A DNA stretch of 64,000 nt from an uncultured Bacteroidales bacterium. GTDB lineage: Bacteria; Bacteroidota; Bacteroidia; Bacteroidales; PUMT01. Position 1 is the first letter of the stretch. Every line of letters starts with the position of its first letter. Below the pieces are notes generated by a model, which saw only the letters and a list, made by a program, of their open reading frames with translations, was not told the origin of the DNA and searched no databases. The stretch is from positions 6,196 to 70,195 of the forward strand of contig CAZFOO010000009.1 in assembly GCA_964520585.1 (NCBI GenBank), read 5' to 3'. Both the position numbers and the translations under genes were made by a program. Below are positions 25,416 to 36,807 of this stretch, in pieces.

Positions 25416-27572
25416 CTATTCCTCTTCCTGTTCCTCTTCATATGCTTTAAGCAGCTTTTCCTGAAGATCACCCGGAACTGTGTCATATTTTGCCATCTTC
25501 ATGGTATAGGTAGCCCTTCCGTTGGTAAGTGAACTGAGTGCCGTTGAATACTTTGACATTTCGGCTAATGGCACTTTCGCCTTGATTTTTTCAAAGCCCT
25601 TTTCACTTGTCATTCCTTCAATCATGGCCCGGCGTCCCTGTAAATCGCTCATAACGTCTCCCATTCTTTCAGAGGGAACCATTACTTCAACATCATATAC
25701 TGGTTCAAGTATTCGGGGTCCGGCATTTTTAAATGCTTCCCTGAAGGCATTCCGTCCGGCCAGTTTAAAAGATATTTCATTGGAATCAACCGGATGCATT
25801 TTACCGTCGTAAACGGCAACCCTGATATCACGGGCATAGGATCCGGTAAGTGGCCCTTCTTCCATTTTTTCCATGATCCCTTTGAGTATTGCAGGCATAA
25901 AACGGGCATCAATTGATCCGCCTACTATGCAATTGAAATAGACCAGCATCCCACCCCAGGGTAACTTGTGTTCCTCTTTGCCTCGTACCGAGACATTAAT
26001 CTCCTTCCCATTAATTTTATACTTGACGGGATCAGCCATTCCTTCGGTATATGGCTCTATAACCATATGTACTTCACCGAACTGACCTGCACCTCCGGAT
26101 CGTTTCTTATGGCGGTATGTTGCCTGTGCAGTTTTGGTGATCGTTTCCCGGTAGGGAATCTTGGGGGTGATGAATTCGGTTTCGATCTTGAAAATATTAT
26201 CAAGATGCCATTTAAGTATATTCAGGTGATATTCACCCTGGCCATGGACTATGATCTGCTTCAGTTCTTTTGAGTATTCGATGACGATAGTGGGATCTTC
26301 TTCGTGCATCCTTGACAGTGCTTCACCAAGCTTCTCTTCGTCAGATTCGCTTTTTGCCTTTATCGCGGTGCGGTATTTGGGTTCGGGATAATCTATAGGC
26401 TCATACTCCAATGTTTGTCCGGGAGCAGTAAGAGTCTGATTAGCTTTTGTGTTTTTTAGTTTTACTGTTGCCCCGATATCACCGGCAGCAAGTCTGGAAA
26501 CCTTGTTGCGTGATTTGCCTGCAACAACAAGTAACTGGGAAAATCTTTCCTTGGTAGAGGTATTATTATTGATAAGGTCCATACTCTCACTGATTTCTCC
26601 CGACATTACCTTAAAGAAATTTATCTCGCCGATGTGCTGCTCCATGCTTGTTTTAAAAACGAATGCCGAGGCAGGTCCTGCAGCGTTACATTTTATCTGC
26701 TCTCCCTCCCTGGTAACGGCTGCTTCTGTTTCGTGAGGACCGGGAGCAGCATTAGAGATAAATTCAAGCAACCTGTCGACTCCCATATCTTTTTTTGCAG
26801 AAAGGCACAGTACCGGGAACATATTCCTTGATTTTATACCAAGCCTGATTCCTCCAAGCATTTCTTCCTCATCAAGAGTGCCTTTATCAAAAAAGGTTTC
26901 CATAAGGGTTTCATCATTTTCTGCCGCTGCTTCAATCAATTCATTCCGGAGCTCTTCTGCTCGCGCGGACTGGTCGGCGGGTATTTCTGTAACTTCGGCT
27001 TTACCTCCTTCGGCAGGATATTTATACATTTTCATTTTTATAACATCCACCATGGAATTGAATCCTTCGCCGGTATTGACAGGATATTGAATAATAATGG
27101 CTTTGCTGCCGTAGCTTTGTTTTAAGGATTCAATTACCTTCTCGTAATTTGCTTTATCGTGATCTAGCTGGTTTACAGCCAGTATTACAGGTTTTTGGTG
27201 CGATTCCAGGTGCCGTCCCTGTATTTCAGTTCCAATCTCCACTCCGTTCTGCCCGTTGATAATCATTAGGGCCGAATCGGATGGCCTTAATGCAGTAATT
27301 AATCCGCCGCTAAAATCATCCAGGCCAGGTGCATCAATAATGTTGATCTTTTTATCTGCATACTCTGTATAAGCTACGGTGGCAAAAACAGAGTTTTCAT
27401 TCTCATGCTCGATCTCATTATAATCGGAAACAGTATTTTTATTTTCAATCGAGCCCCTTCTTTCTATTACGCCACCTTCAAAAAGCATGGCCTCCACCAG
27501 AGTGGTTTTACCTGATTTGGGATTTCCACAAACCACTAAATTTTTTATTTGCTCCGTCTGGTAAGTTCTCAT
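25416..27572 (-). CDS. EF-G paralogue (EFG-II-like translational GTPase)
   Basis: 718 aa, co-linear with EF-G domains I-V. The G motifs are divergent: G1 GNPKSGKT, G3 DAPGLDDF and G4 NQLD. Confidence 0.85.
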   Translation of the reverse strand: MRTYQTEQIKNLVVCGNPKSGKTTLVEAMLFEGGVIERRGSIENKNTVSDYNEIEHENENSVFATVAYTEYADKKINIIDAPGLDDFSGGLITALRPSDSALMIINGQNGVEIGTEIQGRHLESHQKPVILAVNQLDHDKANYEKVIESLKQSYGSKAIIIQYPVNTGEGFNSMVDVIKMKMYKYPAEGGKAEVTEIPADQSARAEELRNELIEAAAENDETLMETFFDKGTLDEEEMLGGIRLGIKSRNMFPVLCLSAKKDMGVDRLLEFISNAAPGPHETEAAVTREGEQIKCNAAGPASAFVFKTSMEQHIGEINFFKVMSGEISESMDLINNNTSTKERFSQLLVVAGKSRNKVSRLAAGDIGATVKLKNTKANQTLTAPGQTLEYEPIDYPEPKYRTAIKAKSESDEEKLGEALSRMHEEDPTIVIEYSKELKQIIVHGQGEYHLNILKWHLDNIFKIETEFITPKIPYRETITKTAQATYRHKKRSGGAGQFGEVHMVIEPYTEGMADPVKYKINGKEINVSVRGKEEHKLPWGGMLVYFNCIVGGSIDARFMPAILKGIMEKMEEGPLTGSYARDIRVAVYDGKMHPVDSNEISFKLAGRNAFREAFKNAGPRILEPVYDVEVMVPSERMGDVMSDLQGRRAMIEGMTSEKGFEKIKAKVPLAEMSKYSTALSSLTNGRATYTMKMAKYDTVPGDLQEKLLKAYEEEQEEE

Positions 27573-27665
27573 TTTTTCCTGTTGTGTTATAAAATTAAGT
27601 AATAATAATTATACGTAATGCATTGATATATAATGACTAAAATCTTATATGCGAGTGGTCGGGCT

Positions 27666-27673
27666 CAAAAGTA
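27666..27673 (-). promoter_or_regulatory. candidate -7 promoter box TActTTTG (minus strand)
   Basis: Plus-strand CAAAAGTA lies 94 nt upstream of the EF-G paralogue start. Confidence 0.35.
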
Positions 27674-27761
27674 ATAATTTTTAGTTAAGATTCAATGACT
27701 CACAGATAACAATATTTGTATTTTAATTTGCCCTATTTGTTGCACTGAACTACTTTTTTAT

Positions 27762-27769
27762 TATTTTTG
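27762..27769 (+). promoter_or_regulatory. candidate -7 promoter box TAttTTTG, orphan
   Basis: Exact TAnnTTTG match about 360 nt upstream of rpsL. No ORF of 60 aa or more lies downstream before rpsL. Confidence 0.3.
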
Positions 27770-28073
27770 CAGCTTTTTCGGGCATATTTACTTGTCACCG
27801 CACACCAAACAATTTACCTGGTTATTCCGGATTTACAGAAATTGTGTATGGCTTCATGCCGGCTGCCGGGGACTATTTCAGACCTCCTGTTATAATTATT
27901 TTCATTATAACACTGTAATCTTAAAAAGAAGTTAATGGAAAAGGGTCTGTTCCGGGAATTATTTATGATCCGGGGATGAGTTAAAAAATATGAAAAGGGC
28001 TTCCCTGCACGTTAGGAGAGGTGATTTTGAGGAAAATATTAATAAATAATTGTTGTTTTTTTAAAATAAATTA

Positions 28074-28081
28074 TACCTTTG
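28074..28081 (+). promoter_or_regulatory. candidate str-operon -7 promoter box TAccTTTG
   Basis: Exact TAnnTTTG match 47 nt upstream of the rpsL ATG. Confidence 0.5.
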
Positions 28082-28127
28082 CACTCCCGTTTTAATAAAA
28101 TGAAAGTAACTAATTGAACTAATCTTT

Positions 28128-28508
28128 ATGCCTACAATTCAGCAGTTAGTAAGAAAGGGAAGGACAAAACTGATAGAAAAGAAAAAGGCTCCTGCTTTGG
28201 ATGCCTGTCCCCAAAGAAGAGGGGTTTGTGTCCGTGTATATACAACAACACCAAAGAAACCCAATTCTGCTATGAGGAAAGTTGCCAGAGTAAGGTTGAC
28301 CAATGGCAAGGAAGTGAACTCATATATTCCAGGAGAAGGTCACAACTTGCAGGAACATTCCATTGTACTTATACGCGGTGGACGTGTAAAGGACCTTCCC
28401 GGCGTAAGGTATCACCTTATACGCGGGGCTCTTGATACCTCTGGTGTCGAAGGTCGTACCCAAAGAAGGTCAAAATACGGGACGAAAAGGCCTAAGGTTA
28501 AAAAATAA
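28128..28508 (+). CDS. rpsL: 30S ribosomal protein S12
   Basis: [12 protein letters not shown]...[11 protein letters not shown]...[13 protein letters not shown]. Confidence 0.98.
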   Translation: MPTIQQLVRKGRTKLIEKKKAPALDACPQRRGVCVRVYTTTPKKPNSAMRKVARVRLTNGKEVNSYIPGEGHNLQEHSIVLIRGGRVKDLPGVRYHLIRGALDTSGVEGRTQRRSKYGTKRPKVKK

Positions 28509-28544
28509 ACTATAACACAGCAGATACATTATTATATAATAGAG

Positions 28545-29021
28545 ATGAGAAAGTCGAAACCCAAAAAAAGAATTTTGCTGCCTGATCCGAAATATAGGGA
28601 TACAGAGGTTACCCGTTTTGTTAATAATATGATGTACCAGGGCAAAAAAAGCCTTGCATTCAATATTTTTTACGATGCTCTGAATATTGTTGAGCAAAAA
28701 ACAAAAGAGACCGGGAAAACACCACTGGAGGTATGGAGGAAGGCTCTTGAGAATATTACTCCTGCGGTTGAGGTCAAAAGTCGCCGTGTTGGTGGGGCTA
28801 CCTTTCAGGTGCCACAGGAAGTCCGGGCGGAGAGAAAAGTTTCAATCAGCATGAAAAATATGATAATGTTTTCTCGGAAACGCGCAGGAAAAACCATGGC
28901 CGACAAACTGGCTGCTGAAATAGTAGCTGCCTATAATGAAGAAGGTGGAGCTTTTAAAAGGAAAGAAGACATGCATCGTATGGCCGATGCAAATAAGGCT
29001 TTTGCCCATTTCAGATTTTAA
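28545..29021 (+). CDS. rpsG: 30S ribosomal protein S7
   Basis: 158 aa. Contains [12 protein letters not shown]...[16 protein letters not shown] and follows rpsL. Confidence 0.97.
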   Translation: MRKSKPKKRILLPDPKYRDTEVTRFVNNMMYQGKKSLAFNIFYDALNIVEQKTKETGKTPLEVWRKALENITPAVEVKSRRVGGATFQVPQEVRAERKVSISMKNMIMFSRKRAGKTMADKLAAEIVAAYNEEGGAFKRKEDMHRMADANKAFAHFRF

Positions 29022-29068
29022 TGTATTTGAAATTCAAAAAAAGATAGAGAAGAGACACAGATCAATAG

Positions 29069-31174
29069 ATGGTAAATAGTCTGAAATATACGAGGAACAT
29101 TGGTATCATGGCGCATATCGATGCCGGCAAAACCACCACCACGGAGCGGATTTTGTATTATACCGGTATCACTCACCGGATGGGAGAGGTGCATGATGGT
29201 GCTGCTACAATGGACTGGATGGTGCAGGAGCAGGAGAGGGGAATTACTATTACTTCAGCCGCTACCACAGCTTTTTGGAAGCATAAAAACGAAGATTTTA
29301 AAATAAATATTATAGATACACCCGGTCACGTTGATTTTACCGTCGAGGTAGAACGTTCCCTGAGAGTGCTGGACGGTGCAGTCGCCGTGTTTTGTGCCGT
29401 TGGAGGCGTTGAGCCTCAGTCCGAAACAGTATGGAGACAAGCTGACAAATACAAGGTTCCGCGAATCGGGTTTGTCAATAAGATGGATCGTTCAGGAGCA
29501 GATTTTCTGTCTGTGGTTTCACAGATGCAGGAGAAGCTTGGAACCAATCCTGTTCCCCTGCAGATACCCATAGGAAGCGAAGATACATTTAGGGGAGTTA
29601 TTGATTTGATTGAAATGCATGCTGTTATCTGGAAGGAAGAACAGCTTGGCGTAACTTATGAACTCCAGGATATTCCCGGCGAAATGGCCGAAGAGGCTTC
29701 GGAATGGAGGGGGCGTCTTATCGAATCCGTTGCAGAGGCAGATGATACAATTCTGGAGAAATATCTGGACGATGCCGGATCAATAACCAGTGAGGAATTG
29801 GTTGCCGCAATAAGAAAGGCTACTTTGCAGTTAATTGTAGTTCCTGTTATGTGTGGTTCGGCATTCAAGAATAAAGGTGTCCAGCGTTTACTGGATGCCG
29901 TTATTGATTTTTTACCTTCACCAATCGATATTGATGCGATAAAAGGGATCAATCCTAAAAACGATGAGTTAGTCGAGAGAAAACCCGATGCCGGCGAACC
30001 AATGGCCGCGCTTGCCTTTAAGATCGCAACCGATCCGTATGTCGGCCGACTGGCGTTTCTCCGGGTATACAGTGGCAGGATTGATGCAGGAAGCTATGTG
30101 CTAAATGTACGTACCGGTAACAGAGAAAGGATTACCAGGCTGTACCAGATGCATGCCAATAAACAGAATCCCAAGGATTTTATTGAGGCCGGAGATATTG
30201 TTGCTGCAGTTGGATTTAAAGATCTGAGGACCGGTGATACTTTGTGTGATGAAAAGAAACCCGTTCTTCTTGAGTCTATCACTTTCCCGGAACCGGTTAT
30301 TGGTGTGGCCGTTGAGCCAAAGACACAAAAAGATATGGATAAGCTTGGAATGGCCCTGAATAAGCTTTCCGAAGAAGATCCAACGTTCAAGGTAAATCAC
30401 GATGAACAATCGGGTCAGACTATTATCAATGGTATGGGCGAGTTGCACCTTGAGATTCTGGTTGATCGCCTGAAAAGAGAATTCAAGGTCGAATGTAACC
30501 AGGGAGCTCCCCAGGTTGCCTATAAGGAAGCCATCACCGGATCGATTCAGCACAGGGAGGTATTTAAGAAACAATCCGGAGGGCGTGGGAAATTTGCAGA
30601 TATAATAGTGAAAATATCTCCTGCTGATGAAGGCGAAACCGGACTTCAGTTTATTGACGAGGTTAAGGGCGGTAATATACCCAAAGAATATATTCCTGCC
30701 GTTCAGAAAGGGTTCGGTGAGGCAATGCAGAATGGAGTACTGGCCGGATATCCTGTAGAGAATCTTAAAGTTATACTGGTTGACGGATCTTTCCACAGCG
30801 TTGATTCTGACAGCCTGTCATTTGAGATTGCCGCAAAACAGGCTTTCAGGCATGCACTGCCCAAAACAAAACCGGTGCTTCTTGAACCCGTAATGAAGGT
30901 TGAAGTAGTTACACCGGAAGAGTATATGGGTGATGTTATTTCGGATTTCAATAAACGCAGGGGACATGTCGAAAAAATGGAAAGCAAGGCGGGTGCAAGA
31001 TTGATACGGGCCAAAGTTCCTTTATCAGAACAATTTGGTTATGTGACTGTACTAAGGACACTCACCTCCGGAAGAGCTACTTCGACAATGGAGTTCTCAC
31101 ATTATGAACAGGTCAGTGGCGATCTGGCAAAAAAGATACTGGAAAGTTCAACAGGGAAAAAGGAATCAGCATAA
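29069..31174 (+). CDS. fusA: elongation factor G (canonical)
   Basis: 701 aa with G1 [10 protein letters not shown]3 DTPGHVDF and G4 NKMD. It occupies the str-operon position. Confidence 0.97.
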   Translation: MVNSLKYTRNIGIMAHIDAGKTTTTERILYYTGITHRMGEVHDGAATMDWMVQEQERGITITSAATTAFWKHKNEDFKINIIDTPGHVDFTVEVERSLRVLDGAVAVFCAVGGVEPQSETVWRQADKYKVPRIGFVNKMDRSGADFLSVVSQMQEKLGTNPVPLQIPIGSEDTFRGVIDLIEMHAVIWKEEQLGVTYELQDIPGEMAEEASEWRGRLIESVAEADDTILEKYLDDAGSITSEELVAAIRKATLQLIVVPVMCGSAFKNKGVQRLLDAVIDFLPSPIDIDAIKGINPKNDELVERKPDAGEPMAALAFKIATDPYVGRLAFLRVYSGRIDAGSYVLNVRTGNRERITRLYQMHANKQNPKDFIEAGDIVAAVGFKDLRTGDTLCDEKKPVLLESITFPEPVIGVAVEPKTQKDMDKLGMALNKLSEEDPTFKVNHDEQSGQTIINGMGELHLEILVDRLKREFKVECNQGAPQVAYKEAITGSIQHREVFKKQSGGRGKFADIIVKISPADEGETGLQFIDEVKGGNIPKEYIPAVQKGFGEAMQNGVLAGYPVENLKVILVDGSFHSVDSDSLSFEIAAKQAFRHALPKTKPVLLEPVMKVEVVTPEEYMGDVISDFNKRRGHVEKMESKAGARLIRAKVPLSEQFGYVTVLRTLTSGRATSTMEFSHYEQVSGDLAKKILESSTGKKESA

Positions 31175-31184
31175 AATTACTATA

Positions 31185-31490
31185 ATGAGTCAGAAAATCA
31201 GAATTAAATTAAAATCATACGATCATAACCTGGTGGATAAATCTACCGAGAAGATCGTTAAAACCGTAAAATCCACCGGTGCAATAGTCAGCGGACCCAT
31301 TCCATTACCGACTCATAAGAGGATATTTACAGTTTTACGTTCGCCTTTTGTGAATAAGAAAGCAAGAGAACAGTTTGAACTTAGTTCATACAAGCGTCTG
31401 CTTGACATATACAGTTCAACTCCGAAAACAATTGATGCGCTGATGAAGCTTGAGTTGCCAAGCGGAGTTGAGGTTGAAATTAAAGTGTAA
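31185..31490 (+). CDS. rpsJ: 30S ribosomal protein S10
   Basis: The internal ATG at 31185 gives [14 protein letters not shown]...(101 aa). The track ORF from 31104 overlaps the fusA end. Confidence 0.95.
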   Translation: MSQKIRIKLKSYDHNLVDKSTEKIVKTVKSTGAIVSGPIPLPTHKRIFTVLRSPFVNKKAREQFELSSYKRLLDIYSSTPKTIDALMKLELPSGVEVEIKV

Positions 31491-31511
31491 TTTTTTGTAA
31501 AACGATATAAA

Positions 31512-32129
31512 ATGCCCGGATTAATTGGTAAAAAAATAGGAATGACCTCGGTTTTCGGTGAGGATGGAAAAAATATTCCCTGCACCGTAATAGAAGCCGG
31601 ACCTTGTGTGGTTACTCAGGTCAAGACCAGGGAAAAGGATGGATATGATGCTGTTCAGCTCGCTTTTGATGACAGGAAAGAAAAATCCTGCAACAAACCA
31701 TTACTTGGTCATTTTAAGAAAGCTAAGGCCAGTCCCAAAAAAAAGCTGCATGAATTTCATGGATTTACAGAAGACCTGAAACCAGGCGATCTTGTAACTG
31801 TTGATCTGCTTAAAAACGATATCTGGCTTGATATAACCGGAGTTTCCAAAGGAAAAGGATTTCAGGGTGTAGTAAAAAGACACGGTTTTGGTGGAGTAGG
31901 ACAGGCAACTCATGGTCAGCATAACCGGATGCGTGCTCCAGGGTCAATAGGCAGCTCTTCGTATCCTTCAAGGGTTTTTAAAGGTATGCGTATGGCCGGC
32001 CGTATGGGGGGTGAGAACGTAATGATGATCTCTTTAAGAGTGGTAAAACTCATCCCTGAAAACAATATTTTGGTTGTAAAAGGGGCAGTGCCCGGAGCGA
32101 AAGGTTCATATTTAATTATTCAGCAATAA
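31512..32129 (+). CDS. rplC: 50S ribosomal protein L3
   Basis: [15 protein letters not shown]...[14 protein letters not shown]. Confidence 0.95.
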   Translation: MPGLIGKKIGMTSVFGEDGKNIPCTVIEAGPCVVTQVKTREKDGYDAVQLAFDDRKEKSCNKPLLGHFKKAKASPKKKLHEFHGFTEDLKPGDLVTVDLLKNDIWLDITGVSKGKGFQGVVKRHGFGGVGQATHGQHNRMRAPGSIGSSSYPSRVFKGMRMAGRMGGENVMMISLRVVKLIPENNILVVKGAVPGAKGSYLIIQQ

Positions 32130-32758
32130 TGGAGTTAGCAGTATATAATATTAAAGGAGAGGAAACCGGCAAGAATGTCAACCTTAATGATGGTATTTTT
32201 GGAATTGATCCGAATGATCATGCCATCTATCTTGACGTAAAGCAGTATCTGGCCAATATGCGTCAGGGAACTCATAAAACAAAAGAACGTTCCGAGGTTG
32301 CCGGAAGTACAAAAAAGATAAAAAGACAAAAAGGTACGGGAACTGCCCGTGCGGGAGATATTAAAAATCCTATATTCCGGGGGGGTGGACGGATCTTTGG
32401 TCCGAAACCTCATGAATACGGATTCAAGCTCAATAAAAAGGTTAAGAAGCTTGCAAGAAAATCAGCGTTGGCTTATAAGGCAGGGGCTGATGGTATCAGG
32501 GTGGTTGAGGATTTCAATCTGGATGCACCGAAAACAAAGGATTATATTGATTTTCTCAATAATATGAAAATTAATGAGAAAAAGTCACTTTTGGTTTTAA
32601 CCGAACAAAATAAAAACATATATTTGTCTTCCCGAAATTTGCAGGGCGCTAAAGTAGTAATAGCCTCTGAATTAACTACATATGACATCATGAACGCTTC
32701 TGTTTTGTTGCTTTTTGAAAGCTCTGTAGACGTTTTGGATAATATGTTAAGCAACTAG
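32129..32758 (+). CDS. rplD: 50S ribosomal protein L4
   Basis: 209 aa with [29 protein letters not shown]. Its ATG overlaps the rplC stop (TAATG). Confidence 0.93.
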   Translation: MELAVYNIKGEETGKNVNLNDGIFGIDPNDHAIYLDVKQYLANMRQGTHKTKERSEVAGSTKKIKRQKGTGTARAGDIKNPIFRGGGRIFGPKPHEYGFKLNKKVKKLARKSALAYKAGADGIRVVEDFNLDAPKTKDYIDFLNNMKINEKKSLLVLTEQNKNIYLSSRNLQGAKVVIASELTTYDIMNASVLLLFESSVDVLDNMLSN

Positions 32759-32771
32759 AAATTTTACTGAT

Positions 32772-33062
32772 ATGGATATTCTAAAAAAACCCATTATTAC
32801 CGAAAAAATGACCGGACAAGGAGAAAAGCTCAACCGGTACGGGTTCATTGTCGATAAAAAGGCAAATAAATTGCAGATCAGAAAAGCCGTGGAGGAGATG
32901 TATGATGTAACCGTTGCATCGGTCAATACAATCGTATACGGAGGAAAGGAAAAATCCAGGTATACCAAAACGGGTATGATAACAGGAAAGACAAGTTCAT
33001 TCAAAAAAGCTATCATTACCCTGGCTGAAGGAGATACCATTGATTTTTACAGCAATATATAA
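32772..33062 (+). CDS. rplW: 50S ribosomal protein L23
   Basis: 96 aa with ILKKPIITEK...KKAIITL, at the S10-operon position. Confidence 0.93.
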   Translation: MDILKKPIITEKMTGQGEKLNRYGFIVDKKANKLQIRKAVEEMYDVTVASVNTIVYGGKEKSRYTKTGMITGKTSSFKKAIITLAEGDTIDFYSNI

Positions 33063-33132
33063 CAGGATCATTTTTTGATCCATATGCTGAACAGGAAGTT
33101 ATTGTTTTATATACTTTATAGTTTTATTAATA

Positions 33133-33957
33133 ATGGCAGTACGTAAATTAAATCCGGTTACACCCGGTCAGCGACATAAGATAAAGTCCACCTTTGAGAA
33201 TATAACCACGGATAAACCCGAGAAGTCGCTTCTTGCTCCAATGAAGAAATCCGGGGGAAGAAACAATACCGGGAAAATGACCATGAGGTATGTGGGTGGC
33301 GGCCACAAAAGACGTTACCGCGTCATTGATTTTAAAAGAAACAAAGATGGTATTCCTGCGATAGTGAAAACCATCGAATATGATCCGAACCGCTCTGCCC
33401 GGATAGCGCTGGTTGTCTACGCGGATGGAGAAAAGAGATATATAATTGCTCCTGCCGGACTGAAGGTGGGGCAGACTGTAAAATCAGGTAGTAATGTAGC
33501 TCCTGAAGTAGGAAATACATTATTTATTTCAGATATACCCTTAGGTACTGTTATACATAATATTGAGCTTGCCCCTGGAAGGGGAGCTTCATTATCAAGA
33601 AGTGCCGGATCATATGCACAACTCACCTCACGTGAAGGAAAATATGGTATTATTAAACTTCCTTCCGGTGAAATGAGAATGGTTATGGTTACATGCCGTG
33701 CTACAATAGGCAGTGTTTCAAATGCTGATAATGCTCTTGAGGAATCAGGTAAGGCCGGAAGAAGCCGTTGGCTGGGCCGGCGACCAAGAGTGAGGGGTGT
33801 TGTTATGAATCCGGTGGATCATCCCATGGGAGGTGGAGAAGGACGTGCCTCCGGAGGACATCCGCGTTCAAGAAACGGGATCCCTGCCAAGGGGTTTAAA
33901 ACACGGACAAAGAATAAGGTTTCAAATAAGTATATTGTTGAGAAAAGAAAAAAATAA
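33133..33957 (+). CDS. rplB: 50S ribosomal protein L2
   Basis: 274 aa with [18 protein letters not shown]. Confidence 0.97.
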   Translation: MAVRKLNPVTPGQRHKIKSTFENITTDKPEKSLLAPMKKSGGRNNTGKMTMRYVGGGHKRRYRVIDFKRNKDGIPAIVKTIEYDPNRSARIALVVYADGEKRYIIAPAGLKVGQTVKSGSNVAPEVGNTLFISDIPLGTVIHNIELAPGRGASLSRSAGSYAQLTSREGKYGIIKLPSGEMRMVMVTCRATIGSVSNADNALEESGKAGRSRWLGRRPRVRGVVMNPVDHPMGGGEGRASGGHPRSRNGIPAKGFKTRTKNKVSNKYIVEKRKK

Positions 33958-33978
33958 TTCAGAAAATTATAGATAGTT

Positions 33979-34245
33979 ATGAGCCGCTCACTTAAAAAAG
34001 GCCCTTTTATAGATTTCAAGCTCGATAAACGGGTTTCAGATATGAACACTTCAGGGAAGAAAACAGTTTTAAAAACCTGGTCAAGAAGATCGATGATATC
34101 ACCGGATTTTGTCGGTCATACAATTGCTGTGCATAATGGCAATAAGTTTATTCCGGTTTATGTAACTGAAAATATGGTCGGACATAAGCTGGGCGAATTT
34201 TCACCTACGCGCATGTTCAGAGGGCATGGTGGAAAAAGGAAATAA
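33979..34245 (+). CDS. rpsS: 30S ribosomal protein S19
   Basis: [12 protein letters not shown]...[17 protein letters not shown]. Confidence 0.97.
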   Translation: MSRSLKKGPFIDFKLDKRVSDMNTSGKKTVLKTWSRRSMISPDFVGHTIAVHNGNKFIPVYVTENMVGHKLGEFSPTRMFRGHGGKRK

Positions 34246-34282
34246 ATTTGAACATAAGAACGATTTAACATAATTGTTAGCG

Positions 34283-34699
34283 ATGGGATCCAGAAAACAA
34301 ATACGAGCTCAGCAAATTAAAGAGGAAAAGAAAAACAAGGCATTTGCCATTTTGAGAAATTGCCCTACCTCTCCGCGCAAAATGCGGCTGGTTGCTGATA
34401 TAGTCAGAGGAGAAGAGGTTAATAAGGCACTTGATACTTTAAAGTTCAGCTCAAAAGAGGCCTCCAAAAGAGTTGAAAAATTGCTGTTGTCAGCAATTTC
34501 CAACTGGCAGAATAAAAATGAAGGTGTCAGGATAGAGGACAGCCATCTGGTTGTTAAGGAAATTTTTGTCGGACAGGCAAGAACTCTTAAAAGACTCAGG
34601 CCTGCCCCCCAGGGAAGAGCGCATCGTATCAGGAAACGCTCCAATCATGTTACGCTCGTGCTGGACAAAATTGAACCGACAGAAATTAATACAAAATAA
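34283..34699 (+). CDS. rplV: 50S ribosomal protein L22
   Basis: The ATG at 34283 ([11 protein letters not shown]...) is preferred over the TTG at 34274. Contains [14 protein letters not shown]. Confidence 0.93.
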   Translation: MGSRKQIRAQQIKEEKKNKAFAILRNCPTSPRKMRLVADIVRGEEVNKALDTLKFSSKEASKRVEKLLLSAISNWQNKNEGVRIEDSHLVVKEIFVGQARTLKRLRPAPQGRAHRIRKRSNHVTLVLDKIEPTEINTK

Positions 34700-34705
34700 T
34701 AGTCA

Positions 34706-35422
34706 ATGGGACAGAAAATTAATCCGATAAGTAACAGATTGGGTATCATCCGGGGTTGGGACTCCAACTGGTATGGAGGCAATGATTATTCAACCAAACT
34801 GATAGAAGATCATAAGATAAGGGAATATTTGAGCGCCAGGCTAGCAAAGGCCAGCATTTCAAAGATCATTATAGAGCGAACGCTAAAACTTATTACAGTC
34901 ACCGTTAATACTGCAAGACCCGGTATTATTATTGGTAAGGGCGGACAGGAAGTTGACAAGCTAAAAGAGGAGCTCAAAAAGATCACAGAAAAAGATGTAC
35001 AGATTAATATTTTTGAGATTAAACGACCTGAGCTGGATGCCACTATTGTGGCCAATAATCTGGCACGTCAGATAGAGGGTAAGATTTCATACAGGCGTGC
35101 AATAAAAATGGCTATTGCTTCAACTATGAGAATGGGCGCCGAAGGAATTAAAGTTCAGATAAGCGGCAGACTTGGTGGAGCTGAAATGGCCAGATCAGAG
35201 ATGTATAAAGAAGGCCGCACACCACTTCATACTCTTCGGGCGAACATTGATTATGCTTTGGCTGAAGCTCTTACAAAGGTGGGGTTGATAGGTGTTAAGG
35301 TGTGGATATGCAACGGGGAGGTGTTTGGAAAGAGGGATCTCTCGCCCAATTTCGGATTGAGTACGACAGGTGCCGGCGATAAACCCAAAGACAGGGGTGG
35401 TTTTAAAAGAAGGAAAAAATAG
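34706..35422 (+). CDS. rpsC: 30S ribosomal protein S3
   Basis: [14 protein letters not shown]...; KH domain [14 protein letters not shown]. It ends with TAG. Confidence 0.97.
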   Translation: MGQKINPISNRLGIIRGWDSNWYGGNDYSTKLIEDHKIREYLSARLAKASISKIIIERTLKLITVTVNTARPGIIIGKGGQEVDKLKEELKKITEKDVQINIFEIKRPELDATIVANNLARQIEGKISYRRAIKMAIASTMRMGAEGIKVQISGRLGGAEMARSEMYKEGRTPLHTLRANIDYALAEALTKVGLIGVKVWICNGEVFGKRDLSPNFGLSTTGAGDKPKDRGGFKRRKK

Positions 35423-35452
35423 TTTAACTGGATAGATTAAGATATTGTAATA

Positions 35453-35881
35453 ATGTTACAGCCAAAGAAAACAAAGTTCAGAAGGCAGCAAAAAGGTAAA
35501 ATGAAGGGTAATGCCCAGCGTGGAAATCAGCTTGCCTTTGGATCATTCGGCATAAAGGCCCTTGAGGAATCATGGATTACCGGACGTCAGATAGAAGCTG
35601 CAAGACAGGCGGTTACCCGTTACATGAAAAGGGAAGGCCAGATATGGATCAGGATATTTCCGGATAAACCCATTACCAAAAAACCTGCTGAAGTCCGCAT
35701 GGGTAAAGGTAAAGGTGCTCCTGAAGCTTTCGTTGCTCCTGTCACACCCGGGCGTATTATTCTTGAGGCGGAAGGTGTTCCGGTTGAAGTTGCAAAAGAA
35801 GCTCTCAGGCTGGCAGCACAAAAATTACCTATTACAACCAAATTCATAGTACGGCGGGATTTTCCTGAAAAATTAAGTTGA
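35453..35881 (+). CDS. rplP: 50S ribosomal protein L16
   Basis: [15 protein letters not shown]...[10 protein letters not shown]. Confidence 0.97.
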   Translation: MLQPKKTKFRRQQKGKMKGNAQRGNQLAFGSFGIKALEESWITGRQIEAARQAVTRYMKREGQIWIRIFPDKPITKKPAEVRMGKGKGAPEAFVAPVTPGRIILEAEGVPVEVAKEALRLAAQKLPITTKFIVRRDFPEKLS

Positions 35882-35917
35882 TTTAGATTATTCTGTACCA
35901 GACAAATTTATTATATA

Positions 35918-36127
35918 ATGAAGATATCAGAGATAAAGGAATTGTCCACCAGCGATATAGAGGAAAGGATTGAGACTGAAAAAAGCCTTTTGGTTAAATT
36001 AAGAATGAATCACGCAGTCTCACCACTTGATAATCCTTTGAAGATTCCTGCTACCAGAAGAAATATTGCCAGGTTAAAGACAGAATTGCGGCAGCGTATT
36101 CTTGAGGAGAAGCAAAACATAAAATAA
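35918..36127 (+). CDS. rpmC: 50S ribosomal protein L29
   Basis: 69 aa helical protein at the conserved position between rplP and rpsQ. Confidence 0.9.
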   Translation: MKISEIKELSTSDIEERIETEKSLLVKLRMNHAVSPLDNPLKIPATRRNIARLKTELRQRILEEKQNIK

Positions 36128-36161
36128 CGTATAGCGTATTAAACTGATTTATACAGATCAA

Positions 36162-36416
36162 ATGGAAAGAAAATTAAGAAAAGAGCGAGACGGGGTTGTC
36201 ATAAGCAATAAAATGGATAAGTCTATTGTGATAACTGTAGACCGCAGGGTCAAACATCCCATGTATGGTAAGTTCGTTAAGAAATCTACCAAATTGATGG
36301 CCCATGACGAACAGAACAGCTGCAATATAGGCGATACTGTAAAAATAATGGAAACAAAGCCGCTGAGCAGAAACAAATGCTGGAGGCTAGTAGAAATAAT
36401 TGAAAGAGCAAAATAG
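36162..36416 (+). CDS. rpsQ: 30S ribosomal protein S17
   Basis: 84 aa with [27 protein letters not shown]. Confidence 0.93.
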   Translation: MERKLRKERDGVVISNKMDKSIVITVDRRVKHPMYGKFVKKSTKLMAHDEQNSCNIGDTVKIMETKPLSRNKCWRLVEIIERAK

Positions 36417-36418
36417 CC

Positions 36419-36784
36419 ATGATACAACAAGAAAGCAGATTAGCCGTAGCAGACAACAGTGGAGCCAAAGAGGTTCTTTGTATCCGGGTTTTGGGCGGCA
36501 GCGGTAAAAAATATGCAAAGGTTGGCGATAATATCATCGTTACTGTCAAAAATGCCATTCCTTCCGGAGAGATTAAAAAAGGTACCGTTAGCAAGGCGGT
36601 AGTGGTGCGCACAAAACATCAGATACGCAGAGACGACGGATCGTATATCCGTTTCGATGATAATGCCGTTGTTCTGCTGAACAATGTTGGTGAAATCAGG
36701 GGAACACGCATATTCGGGCCCGTACCGAGAGAACTTCGTGATAAATACATGAAGATTGTATCTCTTGCACCCGAAGTTTTATAA
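36419..36784 (+). CDS. rplN: 50S ribosomal protein L14
   Basis: [27 protein letters not shown]. Confidence 0.97.
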   Translation: MIQQESRLAVADNSGAKEVLCIRVLGGSGKKYAKVGDNIIVTVKNAIPSGEIKKGTVSKAVVVRTKHQIRRDDGSYIRFDDNAVVLLNNVGEIRGTRIFGPVPRELRDKYMKIVSLAPEVL

Positions 36785-36807
36785 TAAAATCAATAAAATT
36801 GAGATTG

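Noticed and set aside
25416-27572. Whether the EF-G paralogue is a Tet(M)/Tet(Q)-type ribosomal protection protein.
   Set aside because: As I recall, ribosomal protection proteins are shorter (about 640-660 aa) and keep the AHIDAGKT-type G1 motif and the G3 His. This protein is 718 aa with EF-G-length domains IV-V and EFG-II-like G motifs.
30101-30796. 231-aa minus-strand ORF inside fusA, and similar long antisense ORFs at 53090-53965, 24706-25320, 16250-16777, 57372-57890 and 40921-41409.
   Set aside because: Each lies fully antisense to a gene with unmistakable conserved motifs (EF-G, histidine kinase, MscS, DnaJ, HisS, SecY). Their translations are low-complexity with no recognisable motif, so they are shadow ORFs.
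31104-31184. ORF-track 5' extensions of rpsJ (from 31104) and of rplO (from 39973).
   Set aside because: The extensions overlap the 3' ends of fusA and rpmD and add non-conserved residues. The internal ATGs at 31185 and 40072 give canonical S10 and L15 N-termini.
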